DNA of 64,000 nt from a virus. The notes beneath the pieces were generated by a model. That model was not told the origin of the DNA. It saw nothing but the letters and a program-made list of their open reading frames with translations, and did no database searches. Location of the stretch: positions 1 to 64,000 of IMG/VR virus record IMGVR_UViG_3300024520_000050; one strand, given 5' to 3'. Within the stretch, counting starts at the first letter, position 1. Each line of letters begins with the position of its first letter. Shown here one piece after another: positions 26,785-36,222 of this stretch. The translations under genes were made by a program, and so were the position numbers.

Positions 26785-27480
26785 TTACTCTTCATCAAGA
26801 GTAATTTTAACCTTTATTCTTTTACCTTCTAGTTGGCAACCACAAGACCATATATGATATGGAAATGTTAATTCTGTAAAAGAACTGTTACCTCGCATTA
26901 ACCAGCCACCATAATGATCACCGTTACTAACAATTTCCATTACTTCACCTACTTTTAACTCATTACAAGAAATAACTGGATTAGCATCATAATTAGGAAA
27001 CAATTCATCTAATAATTTCATTTGAGTTCCATTAGCATCACAATACATGTCTGTGATCGTTTTATGTGCTACATCAACTTTACCATCAAATAATAAATTA
27101 TTACCTAATTCTTTACTTAATCTTTGCGTCCAATCGCCACAAATATCAGCATTGCTCATTGCATCTCTGAATTGTTGTAATGTAATAATATTACTAGTAA
27201 CATCTTGATTACTTAATCTTTGTAATTTTTCAACCACTTTAGTTAAATCTTCTAATGTTCTAACAAATGGAAAAGATCTACCTGATTCTGGGCGATGTAA
27301 TGGATAACCTAGAATGTCTGATGCAAATTTATATCCATCTTTTATATTCAAATCATCGAATATAGCACCATTAAGTTTCATACTACAATTAAATAGAAAA
27401 TATTTACCTCCAGATGTTTCATCAATTTGATAAATATGTCTACCAATTTCAATTTTTTGATTTACTTTTAATTCTTTCAT
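26785..27480 (-). CDS. multi-domain hypothetical protein
   Basis: Met at 27480 likely the true start; ORF track extension overlaps the next gene. Confidence 0.75.
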   Translation of the reverse strand: MKELKVNQKIEIGRHIYQIDETSGGKYFLFNCSMKLNGAIFDDLNIKDGYKFASDILGYPLHRPESGRSFPFVRTLEDLTKVVEKLQRLSNQDVTSNIITLQQFRDAMSNADICGDWTQRLSKELGNNLLFDGKVDVAHKTITDMYCDANGTQMKLLDELFPNYDANPVISCNELKVGEVMEIVSNGDHYGGWLMRGNSSFTELTFPYHIWSCGCQLEGKRIKVKITLDEE

Positions 27481-27490
27481 AATAATTAAT

Positions 27491-27739
27491 TTATAGGTCA
27501 CTTGATGGACCATTTGGATTTTTATAATATTGATTAAGATTAGATTGACATGTTTCAACAACAACAATAGCCATATTAACTTTATTATTAAGTATAGTAA
27601 CTTTCATTGTTTGTTTATCAGTCCAATCTAATCCTATTTCTTCTAACTTACTAATATATAAATTATACTTATCTATACGTTGCTTTAACTTATTCTTAGC
27701 TTTAGTTAATTTATTCTTTAACTTATCTTCTTTCTTCAT
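27491..27739 (-). CDS. basic coiled-coil protein
   Basis: Likely start MKKEDK at 27739. Confidence 0.65.
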   Translation of the reverse strand: MKKEDKLKNKLTKAKNKLKQRIDKYNLYISKLEEIGLDWTDKQTMKVTILNNKVNMAIVVVETCQSNLNQYYKNPNGPSSDL

Positions 27740-28055
27740 CTTTAATCTCTTTACGAAGATGTTCAATCAATCTAGCTTTATCCATTGGTTGTAATTCACC
27801 AATATATTTATTTTGTTCATTATCAAGTAAAAGTTGATATTGATAATTATGATTATTACTTGTTACTTTATAACGAGTAATACCAACTATATCACCTATA
27901 CTAACACAAATCATTTCAAATATAAATGGATATGTGGGAAGAGATCCAATAATCTCTAACAATTCTTCACCTAATGCTAAATTATGTGCTTGAGTAGCAG
28001 CAACTGGATTAGCTTTAATCCTTTCTATAACTGTTGAATTTTCTTTTGTTAACAT
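27723..28055 (-). CDS. hypothetical protein
   Basis: Leader with doubled TACTCAAACTCAAA. Confidence 0.7.
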   Translation of the reverse strand: MLTKENSTVIERIKANPVAATQAHNLALGEELLEIIGSLPTYPFIFEMICVSIGDIVGITRYKVTSNNHNYQYQLLLDNEQNKYIGELQPMDKARLIEHLRKEIKDEERR

Positions 28056-28213
28056 GATTTATATTTTTGAGTTTGAGTAAATAATATTACATTACTATTA
28101 ATTGTAAGTGCATAGACAAAGTGCAATGTATTAACTTTGTTATGCTTGTTACTATGGTGTTTAAAAACAAATAATAGAATGTAATTTATATAGTAGTTGT
28201 TCGCCAGCGAGGT

Positions 28214-28483
28214 TTAACTTACTAAATGATTATATGGTTCATCTTCTTCAGATTCTACATCTCCACAAAATGGCCACAATAGACAAAAGTATCGTTTATA
28301 TTTAATAATTAAGCCAGCACATATTCTAAGTATAATGACTACTACCATACTACCTATTGCAACTGTCTTAAATGGTATGTTATACTTGACAAATACAGGT
28401 ACTAAAACAAGTTCAGTAAATGCTGTTATAATTAAACATATTGATATAATCATGAATTCTGTATACCATTTAAAACTATTCAT
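28214..28483 (-). CDS. membrane protein
   Basis: Two TM helices. Confidence 0.7.
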   Translation of the reverse strand: MNSFKWYTEFMIISICLIITAFTELVLVPVFVKYNIPFKTVAIGSMVVVIILRICAGLIIKYKRYFCLLWPFCGDVESEEDEPYNHLVS

Positions 28484-28599
28484 AATATAATTTTTAAGTT
28501 AATAAATTGAAGTGTACGATGCTCCACCCGCTTGGAAATTGTATATACTGTCGTTTTTAGTTTTTGGTAGGAAGGAAGTATATAATAGGCCAAGATTAA

Positions 28600-28968
28600 T
28601 TAGGCAGTGTAATTCCATACGGAATAATCACCAACCCAATTTTTAGTATTGAATCGTGCACTAAGTGTACATGATATTAATACAGGAACTAATGTAGCTC
28701 TGTATGTTTTTAATTTCTTTAATTCCTCTATCTCACCATCTTTAGCTTTATTTATTTTAATAGACTCATCTAATTCTTTTATTTCAGCATCAGTAGCTAT
28801 AATTTCATTTTCAATTAATGAATCCATAACTACATTGTGAGCAACAACATCTTTACCGATATCTGGATGTTGTTCTACTAATTCTTTAATAGAAGCTGGC
28901 ATAGGTTTTTTATCAGCCCATGCATCCATTGTATCTCTTGCGTCTGCTTTATGCGAATAAGTTATCAT
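28600..28968 (-). CDS. hypothetical protein
   Basis: 122-aa ORF. Confidence 0.7.
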   Translation of the reverse strand: MITYSHKADARDTMDAWADKKPMPASIKELVEQHPDIGKDVVAHNVVMDSLIENEIIATDAEIKELDESIKINKAKDGEIEELKKLKTYRATLVPVLISCTLSARFNTKNWVGDYSVWNYTA

Positions 28969-28987
28969 AATTTATAGTTTAAGTTTG

Positions 28988-29350
28988 TTAAATTAATTTA
29001 ATTAATATAGCATCAATTACTCTTATTATAAAAGCGATAGCTGGTATTTTTAATCTTTCTGATGCATTACGGTTCTTTCCTCGTATTTTAAGAGGAACAC
29101 TAATTTTATGTTCGTCAATATCAAGTGCTAAATATTTACGATTCTTAATTATTTCTTCATAAATAATTACATCAACACCCCATAATTTAGAACACTTTTC
29201 ATCTACTAAATCATCAACAATTAAATGCGTGATATCATATGAAGACATATTCATTCCTTTAGCTAATTGAACTCCAAGTTTTATGTGAGTTTCATGTTCA
29301 CTAAATAAGAATTGTTTCAGATTATTTATCTTCTTTTCTGATTGATTCAT
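28988..29350 (-). CDS. paralog family member (subgroup B)
   Basis: NLKQFLFSEHETHIKLGVQLAKGM. Confidence 0.75.
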   Translation of the reverse strand: MNQSEKKINNLKQFLFSEHETHIKLGVQLAKGMNMSSYDITHLIVDDLVDEKCSKLWGVDVIIYEEIIKNRKYLALDIDEHKISVPLKIRGKNRNASERLKIPAIAFIIRVIDAILIKLI

Positions 29351-29366
29351 AATTTAGATTAAATAG

Positions 29367-29582
29367 TTAAAATTCATTTCTTAATAATTCTTTACAAAAT
29401 TTTTCACTTATATCATCACAAGTACCTGTTTCATGATGTCCTTTATAAGGCATATAATAAGTCCCTTTTGATGTATCATAAGTAGTACAATGAACTGAAT
29501 ATTTTTTACCGTATTCTTCGATTGTTAATGCAATTCGTCCAACTGCTTCAACTTGTACAGCTTCAATAGGTCTAGTATACAT
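29367..29582 (-). CDS. hypothetical protein
   Basis: 71-aa ORF. Confidence 0.55.
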   Translation of the reverse strand: MYTRPIEAVQVEAVGRIALTIEEYGKKYSVHCTTYDTSKGTYYMPYKGHHETGTCDDISEKFCKELLRNEF

Positions 29583-29830
29583 GTTAAGAACAGCTTGTGC
29601 TAATTCTGTATCACTATTATTAATTATGGCTACAACTATTTTGAGTTAACTTCAACTAATGCAGTTATGAATTTTATGTTGTTTTATTTAAGTGTGAGTA
29701 ATATTACTATCATATCCATGTTATCATGGTGTTATCTTTCGATATCCGCTTCCCACCGCGTGGAGGTTATAGTATAAGGAGGCAATTTCATGGGAGATAA
29801 CACTGTGCAGGCATTATCTCCCATTACTAA

Positions 29831-30202
29831 CTAAAGCTTCTCATTTGCACGATGAGCGGCTTCTTCATGAACAATGCCTACACAACATTCTTCATGGATA
29901 AACTGTAGATCTTGTTTTAATTCTTTACGACCAACTAATTCTATAGCTTCAATTATATCATCATCAAGTACATTGTCATAACGTGCATCATGTTCTTGAA
30001 TGAATAATTCCCAACGTCTCATTGCTATTTTAGTGTATAGTAATCCTGCACAACAACTAACAAAAATAAGCAATCCACCATACCAATACATGAATGTTGA
30101 TGGTTCACGTGTGATAGAGCAGAATACAGCTATACTAAATACCATTAAGAATAATGCGCAAATAGTAAATATTATTGCGAGTATTAAATTTAAATATTTC
30201 AT
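29831..30202 (-). CDS. membrane protein
   Basis: Two TM helices; 21-nt leader identical to that of 21815-22351. Confidence 0.75.
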   Translation of the reverse strand: MKYLNLILAIIFTICALFLMVFSIAVFCSITREPSTFMYWYGGLLIFVSCCAGLLYTKIAMRRWELFIQEHDARYDNVLDDDIIEAIELVGRKELKQDLQFIHEECCVGIVHEEAAHRANEKL

Positions 30203-30229
30203 TTTGATTAAGTTTTGAGTATTAAGAAA

Positions 30230-30431
30230 AACATTCTCTGTTCCATACAGTTGGAAATAGAATTTAAAATGCTTATTTATCTACACCTTGGTGCGAAATT
30301 GATAAACATCGTGGCTACATACCAGTAACTATCTGAATTAGATTTAGAATTAGGTGTCTGTCATACCAGTAAGAGTAGGTTTCGACCCTACAATCCAGTT
30401 CTTACTTTATTCTTCATCAGCAGAGAATGTT
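30230..30431. ncRNA. candidate 202-nt structured RNA
   Basis: Perfect 11-bp AACATTCTCTG/CAGAGAATGTT closure; inner AGTAAGA/TCTTACT enclosing GTAGGT-TTCG-ACCTAC. Confidence 0.55.
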
Positions 30432-30441
30432 ATATTTATAT

Positions 30442-30858
30442 TTATTCAAAGTAATGTTGATAATCAACCCATTCTTTGGATAGTTCTTCTTTATCCCACT
30501 TTACAGATAAACATGTATCTCCTGCTTTTAAATCTTGACATTGTATTGGACGTTTATCAAATGATAATGAACAGCCTGTCTTATCATTGTGATTAACACA
30601 AGTTCCGCCCCAAGATAAATCACGATCTCCAGAAGGAGAATTAGTATGTGTTGGTCTTAGTACACAGATTTCTGGCCAACCATCATATGCATCAATTTTA
30701 ATGTTACTTGGTAGTTTTTTAGTATCTTTATATTCTTTAAGTATATCTAATACTTGCTCTGGGTGATACCAACCAGCCATTCCTTTGCAACATTTACCAC
30801 CACATTCACCACAAAGTGAAGGGGTTTCATTGTTGTTTAATATAGGTAATTCTTGCAT
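30442..30858 (-). CDS. YkgJ-like cysteine-cluster protein
   Basis: CGECGGKCCK..CV..GCSLSFDKRPIQC; likely start Met at 30858. Confidence 0.7.
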   Translation of the reverse strand: MQELPILNNNETPSLCGECGGKCCKGMAGWYHPEQVLDILKEYKDTKKLPSNIKIDAYDGWPEICVLRPTHTNSPSGDRDLSWGGTCVNHNDKTGCSLSFDKRPIQCQDLKAGDTCLSVKWDKEELSKEWVDYQHYFE

Positions 30859-30956
30859 AATAATTAAGTTTAAAATCAACACACCACAACATACCTGTTT
30901 CACTATAGAAATAGTGTTGTATATTGCAGTGTATTGAATATTTGAGTTTGAGTAAT

Positions 30957-31307
30957 TTATTCCCAGAAACAATAATTTTCATTTTTCATACGAAGATCAT
31001 TAGTTTCCATATAGTCATTAAATCTATTAATATTTCCTTGCAACCATTTCGAAGGATTACTATAATCAATGATGACTTCATTGATTATTTCCTTATATAA
31101 ATAAGTAAGTTTCTTATAATGGAAACGTTTATACTCATCAATATCAGTATTCACAGATCTATCAATAAGATATTGAAGATGATCATATGATGCAAGAATG
31201 GTATTAGCTTTATGTGCTTTGGCTTCTACTACATCTTTATCATAATGAGCACGAGATATAAGTTGATGACCTAAAGAACCATTACGAATTGCTATTAATT
31301 TTAACAT
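30957..31307 (-). CDS. hypothetical protein
   Basis: TACTCAAA leader. Confidence 0.7.
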   Translation of the reverse strand: MLKLIAIRNGSLGHQLISRAHYDKDVVEAKAHKANTILASYDHLQYLIDRSVNTDIDEYKRFHYKKLTYLYKEIINEVIIDYSNPSKWLQGNINRFNDYMETNDLRMKNENYCFWE

Positions 31308-31457
31308 ATTTTGAGTATTTAAGAATGAGTAATAAGATTACTTAACAGCTACTATAGTTACAATAGCTTTTACGATTGCACCTCCAAAGGAGATGGCTAG
31401 AATCATTTCTAACATAATATTGAGTTTGAGTATTGTGAGTATTAAATGATTTGAGTA

Positions 31458-31841
31458 TTATAATAAGTTATTTAAATCAAAGAATGCATCTTCATCAACT
31501 TTATCTTGCATCATATCTGAAATGGAATGAATTTGAACTGACCAATAACCTTCATCTCCATCGAAATCACATTGAGGGTCTCCTGATCTATCTTTATCAT
31601 GAAACCAAATATGATTAACTATTCCACTTACTTCTTCTACATTAAATGGAGAAGAATCATATCCCATAAACTTCCAAGCCTCAGTACCTGAATCATGTTC
31701 TTTAGCAAAATTAGATGTATTGAGAAACTTTGCAATAGCATCATAACTATTACATATACCTTGATGGCTACCACTAGGGCCATTTGTTCCTGTTATGATA
31801 ACAAGGTATGGTGGTAAGAATGTGTTTGTTGTATCCGACAT
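31458..31841 (-). CDS. hypothetical protein
   Basis: 127-aa ORF with leader motif. Confidence 0.75.
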   Translation of the reverse strand: MSDTTNTFLPPYLVIITGTNGPSGSHQGICNSYDAIAKFLNTSNFAKEHDSGTEAWKFMGYDSSPFNVEEVSGIVNHIWFHDKDRSGDPQCDFDGDEGYWSVQIHSISDMMQDKVDEDAFFDLNNLL

Positions 31842-31854
31842 AATATTTTGAGTT

Positions 31855-32190
31855 TTAATAATTTAATATGAATAAATCAAGTTTCATTAATTCTTTATAA
31901 CTAGGTAATTTAGTGGATTTTCTTCCACCTTCAAACATGACAACTTTTTCTTCATGAACGAAATATTCATTATATAAATGATTTACTTCAGTGTTACCTG
32001 TTGAATTTAACCAAAAACTTTTATGAAATTCAAACTTGAGTCCATTACATGTTTTAGTCATTCTACCTTTAGTGATGAATAATATTCTATCATCAATAAA
32101 TATACCATGAGTAATTACAAGAGCAACCATAGGTTTATTTTCTTGTTTGAATAATTTAGAAACTCTTTTAATTTCTTCTAAGAAGTTCAT
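31855..32190 (-). CDS. hypothetical protein
   Basis: TACTCAAA leader. Confidence 0.7.
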   Translation of the reverse strand: MNFLEEIKRVSKLFKQENKPMVALVITHGIFIDDRILFITKGRMTKTCNGLKFEFHKSFWLNSTGNTEVNHLYNEYFVHEEKVVMFEGGRKSTKLPSYKELMKLDLFILNY

Positions 32191-32313
32191 AATGATTAAA
32201 TTTGAGTATAAAAGAAAACATCCTCACGTTAATAAGGATGTTATATTTGCAAATTATAGTTTAATCCTACAAACGTCCGTAGACTTGGAATGGTAACTAT
32301 TAACCAAATATTT

Positions 32314-32610
32314 TTATGCTGACATAGCGTAACGATCAAAAGTAATTACTTCTACGCGTTCGCTAAAATTATATTTATTTTTAGCAGATTCTAATTGACA
32401 AGGTGAATTATATAAATCAATAAATAACTGACAGTGCCAATCATACATGTTCATACCACAATTTTGAAAGAATGACATCATTTGATCTGCATTCAAACCA
32501 GTCTTGAGAAGACTTATAATGATGGTATATGTATCAGTTAATATATTAGCATTATGAATCCAACCAGTTGCAGATATAGGTTGATTCTTATTTTTCCATT
32601 CGAAAGCCAT
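32314..32610 (-). CDS. hypothetical protein
   Basis: Doubled TACTCAAACTCAAA leader. Confidence 0.7.
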   Translation of the reverse strand: MAFEWKNKNQPISATGWIHNANILTDTYTIIISLLKTGLNADQMMSFFQNCGMNMYDWHCQLFIDLYNSPCQLESAKNKYNFSERVEVITFDRYAMSA

Positions 32611-32639
32611 GATTTTATATTTTGAGTTTGAGTATTAAA

Positions 32640-33340
32640 TAATTAGAACTTACTTTTCATCGAAGAACACGTCGTACATAGTACACGAAAGTTTATAAAA
32701 ATACCACTACTATGAATTATAGTAGCGGTATAGTTTCTGTTATTTATGACCTTAGTCAATTGCCTGAATTGGCAACACAGTACTCCTACTGCAACCGTAT
32801 CCTTTTATTTACGAGGTTGTTTGTTTCGCCGACACTGGTCGATCCTTCCTCGGATAGTTTCATCCTACTAGCGTACATAAATGCACTTGGCGCGGTTAAC
32901 TATCAAACTAATAACTGTTCGAATACCTTGACAGTCAAAAAGCCGACATAATACCATATCACTTAGTCTGGTATAAATAACTCTGTAACTCTACAGTAGT
33001 TAATATGTCTTTAAATTATGGGAACGCTGGTGTGAATGCCATAGGCAAGCGTTGTAGTCTTCCGAGATACATCCTCGTACTACTACTGTCCCTTAGTTGG
33101 TGTGCCCTATAGCATGCTGACGTATAGCATGCGTAGCTGTTTAAAACTGGAGATTTCCTCCTCAAGTTGTTGTTCATATCGAAGAGATATAATCTCTCCT
33201 TTATAAAATCTAGTATGCGTGAATAAAAAATAACCACTCTCCTTCCATATATTGCTCCAACTCGATGGATTGACTCAATGGCTTTTCTGGTGGTTGTGAA
33301 ATATGATTAATAAAATAAGGTTTACGATACCTCAAAACGT
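32640..33340 (-). ncRNA. candidate large (about 700 nt) structured noncoding region
   Basis: GC-richer, no convincing ORF, many stems (ATACCACTACTAT/ATAGTAGCGGTAT, TTGCC/GGCAA, AACGCT/AGCGTT, GCATGCT/AGCATGC, AACCAC/GTGGTT). Confidence 0.5.
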
Positions 33341-33349
33341 AGTTCAGTA

Positions 33350-33889
33350 TTATACTGCTTCATTAAAAACAGGACCTTTATGCCAATCAACTTTATATTC
33401 ATCTTTATTGAGAGTATTCCAATCATCTAAACTCATTTCGTTACTACGTGTTCTATAAGATGCAGTATACATTGATTCACTTTCAGTGCCAGTTTGGCTA
33501 GATGCTAATTTCTTAGCGGATTCTGTATCTAATTCAGAAACTTGTTCGCGTAGTAATTGAAGTTCATCAGCATACTTACTATCAAAAGAATGACTAACTT
33601 GAATACTTTCATATTCATAACAATCATATTCAATCATATCTGTTAATGGATTATAATTGAGATTGTAGAAATACTTAAGTTCACCATATCTTTTAGACTT
33701 CAATGGATATAACTCCATTGTTGTTGGTCTACCTAAAAGAATGAGTATTGCATTCTTTCTTTGATAAATAGGCATGAATAATATCAAATCTTTTATATTA
33801 TCTGATACATTATGTGTACTAAGTAAAGCCATAAAAATGATTAAATCTTTTTCTGCTTCTAATGCGTTATTTTTGTTTGAACGTGCCAT
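33350..33889 (-). CDS. hypothetical protein
   Basis: 179-aa ORF with TACTCAAA leader. Confidence 0.75.
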   Translation of the reverse strand: MARSNKNNALEAEKDLIIFMALLSTHNVSDNIKDLILFMPIYQRKNAILILLGRPTTMELYPLKSKRYGELKYFYNLNYNPLTDMIEYDCYEYESIQVSHSFDSKYADELQLLREQVSELDTESAKKLASSQTGTESESMYTASYRTRSNEMSLDDWNTLNKDEYKVDWHKGPVFNEAV

Positions 33890-34019
33890 AATATTATATA
33901 TTTTAAGTTTGAGTATTAAATTGATAACTGTGTTACTTAAGCCCAGTATAGCCCTCGTCTTACGACTGATAAAATCATAACCGACTACAATGGAGTATTG
34001 TAGCCGTATTATGATTTCC

Positions 34020-34505
34020 TTATATTTTTACAACTTCAAATGTGTAAGAGTAATGCTTTAATCTACTTACTAAATAAAGCATATCACGAACACATAGTAA
34101 ATCTAAACGTACTGTATTATTTTCTTCTAGTTCATCAACGCAATAGAAATTTCTTCCGTTTTCATTACTGATATTCTCTATCTCACGAAATGTACTTCTA
34201 TCTCCACTAAATACAATGTTTACACGTCTATTAGATTTACCAAAATGGTCTTCCATTTCAGCTATAAGTTGAAATAACTTATTACGTAATCTCATTCGAA
34301 GATTCATATTATCAAACTTACTGATAATCTTTTCAACTTCAACAATAAAATCAGCTACGTTTGGTGAAAGTTGAATGTCATAAATAAAATGACTCACTAT
34401 AGCTAATAATTTGGCAAGATTATGAAAGTCCTGTAGTTCTGTATCCTGCATAGCAGTTGTAATTATTGATGTTACACTTGCTATTAATTTTTGTATGTTT
34501 AGCAT
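34020..34505 (-). CDS. hypothetical protein
   Basis: 161-aa ORF with TACTCAAA leader. Confidence 0.75.
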   Translation of the reverse strand: MLNIQKLIASVTSIITTAMQDTELQDFHNLAKLLAIVSHFIYDIQLSPNVADFIVEVEKIISKFDNMNLRMRLRNKLFQLIAEMEDHFGKSNRRVNIVFSGDRSTFREIENISNENGRNFYCVDELEENNTVRLDLLCVRDMLYLVSRLKHYSYTFEVVKI

Positions 34506-34567
34506 AATATTTTGAGTATTAGTATAAGTTGAGTAAATACCCGCAACGAGTGTTACGGGCTTATTAT

Positions 34568-34894
34568 TTAAATTCCTTTAAGTCTTTTCCATATATTAAC
34601 AATACCACTTATTCTATCCTCATCTATTATCTTCTGTAAAGATGGAACAGGAATATGTGCTGTTGTTTCAGCATAATTGTGATAAGCTGTATGAATTTCA
34701 CTTAAAGGTAATGACCAATTAACTTTCTCACCTTTTGAGTTGGTGATATCTTTAAGTACTACATATCTTCCTTCATGTGTCAATGGCTCAGAAAAAGTTC
34801 CTTCAGCACATTCTAACCAACCACATAAGTGTTGGTTAATATCTTCAATCATTCTATCTACTGATATTTCTAGGGATACTGTTTGATTAGGCAT
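34568..34894 (-). CDS. hypothetical protein
   Basis: 108-aa ORF with TACTCAAA upstream. Confidence 0.7.
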   Translation of the reverse strand: MPNQTVSLEISVDRMIEDINQHLCGWLECAEGTFSEPLTHEGRYVVLKDITNSKGEKVNWSLPLSEIHTAYHNYAETTAHIPVPSLQKIIDEDRISGIVNIWKRLKGI

Positions 34895-34948
34895 AATATA
34901 TATGTTTTAAGTATTAATTTGAGTAAATGAGATGTGAATATAAACAAA

Positions 34949-35022
34949 AATAGTACTATTAAGCTGTGTTATAACTATAGATTAATTCTATCAATTATTA
35001 ATATAGGCTTAATAGTACTATT
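34949..35022. repeat. 16-bp perfect inverted repeat with palindromic arms
   Basis: AATAGTACTATTAAGC (34949-34964) / GCTTAATAGTACTATT (35007-35022). Confidence 0.85.
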
Positions 35023-35230
35023 GTTATTGTAAAACGGTAATGGGTTAATGTGGGTTTATATATGGGTATGTTGTGTGTTAAATGTATACTAATACAAACA
35101 ACTTTATATGCACTTGAACTATGTCTTATAGGAGAACTAGCCCGCCACCTGCCCAAGGTACAAAAAATATTTGACACTAAATACCACTTTTTGACAAAAA
35201 CAGTGAAATAGTTTAAAATAAATGTAAAAC

Positions 35231-35271
35231 TTAACATTAAATTAACATTAAATTAACATTGGGTTAACATT
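35231..35271. repeat. four TTAACATT direct repeats at 11-bp period (iteron-like)
   Basis: Copies at 35231, 35242, 35253, 35264. Confidence 0.85.
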
Positions 35272-35367
35272 AGTTGATTATATAGACTTGAACTACATGC
35301 AGGCATTTAACCTGAAATCAATGTTATTATAATTATATAAGGTTATTGGTTTATATCATATATATAA

Positions 35368-35400
35368 ACAAACTAACTACCCTTGTGGTAGTTAGTTTGT
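35368..35400 (-). terminator. strong hairpin after the first leftward gene
   Basis: 14-bp ACAAACTAACTACC/GGTAGTTAGTTTGT stem. Confidence 0.7.
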
Positions 35401-35405
35401 AATGA

Positions 35406-35981
35406 TTACGGTCCAGCAACAACTGCAGGCGCTTCAGCCGTAGCAGTTGGTGCAGTAATCATGGCAGCAGCAGTCTCCGCAAGGAGCAATTCTACCATAC
35501 CTTTAGGAGCTCCGACGAAGGAGGAATCCGTAAGGGATTTAAGGCAAGTCATTGCCGTCTCAGAAACAACCCCGTCTTTCCATTCTCTCTGTAAAGCAAC
35601 ATGACCTTTGGGAATGTTGATTGCAGGGAATGAACGGTGACTGCCGACGATAGGAGCAGGATCCGTTTTTAATACATAAACCCAAGACACCAATGGTGCG
35701 TTGGTTAAGAGGTCTCTACCTCTTAACATGTATCCGTCTTTTAACGGATTAGAGCATACCGTTTTGGTAGGCTCAACAGAAGTGATGGCCACAGCACGAT
35801 AAGAGACACCGTCTCGTTCGACTTTGTCGATTTCGATTAATGTGTTGGCAGCGTGAGCAGCCATGAACATTACCTCATGTCCAGCTTCGTTGGACTTGAT
35901 GATTTGAAAAGAAGTCTCCTTCTTTGCTGCCGCTTTTGTGGCATCGATGGCTTTTTGAGCCATGATTTCTTGATATGTCAT
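35406..35981 (-). CDS. first leftward gene, GC-richer, hypothetical
   Basis: 191-aa Ala-rich ORF; GC visibly higher than neighbours. Confidence 0.8.
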   Translation of the reverse strand: MTYQEIMAQKAIDATKAAAKKETSFQIIKSNEAGHEVMFMAAHAANTLIEIDKVERDGVSYRAVAITSVEPTKTVCSNPLKDGYMLRGRDLLTNAPLVSWVYVLKTDPAPIVGSHRSFPAINIPKGHVALQREWKDGVVSETAMTCLKSLTDSSFVGAPKGMVELLLAETAAAMITAPTATAEAPAVVAGP

Positions 35982-36167
35982 ATCAAAGTGGTTTAAGAGT
36001 TAATTGTCAATACGACCTAGGGGCTCCATCCCCCGTAAAACTTAACGGGGGTTCAAAGGATATGTGCTATCACCCGTTTCACACACATATTCTAGAAAAA
36101 ATAAAAAAAAAATAAAAAAAATTAACAGTTTTTCACTTTTTTGTGCACTTTATCAATATATTTACTG

Positions 36168-36175
36168 TATATTTG
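36168..36175 (+). promoter_or_regulatory. Bacteroidota sigma-A type -7 box (TAnnTTTG)
   Basis: TATATTTG about 47 nt upstream of the first rightward ORF; TTG 24 nt further upstream. Confidence 0.5.
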
Positions 36176-36222
36176 TAATAACATAACACAAAAATGTTAA
36201 ACATAATACAATTTAAACAATA

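Noticed and set aside
30354-30596. 80-aa plus-strand ORF
   Set aside because: Non-ATG start, antisense to the YkgJ-like gene and overlapping a structured element
32712-33237. ORFs 32712-32951 (+) and 33016-33237 (-)
   Set aside because: Atypical composition, no A-rich or TACTCAAA leader, and they overlap strong hairpins; treated as noncoding
34998-35237. 79-aa minus-strand ORF in the putative origin region
   Set aside because: Starts within the iteron-like repeats; composition not gene-like
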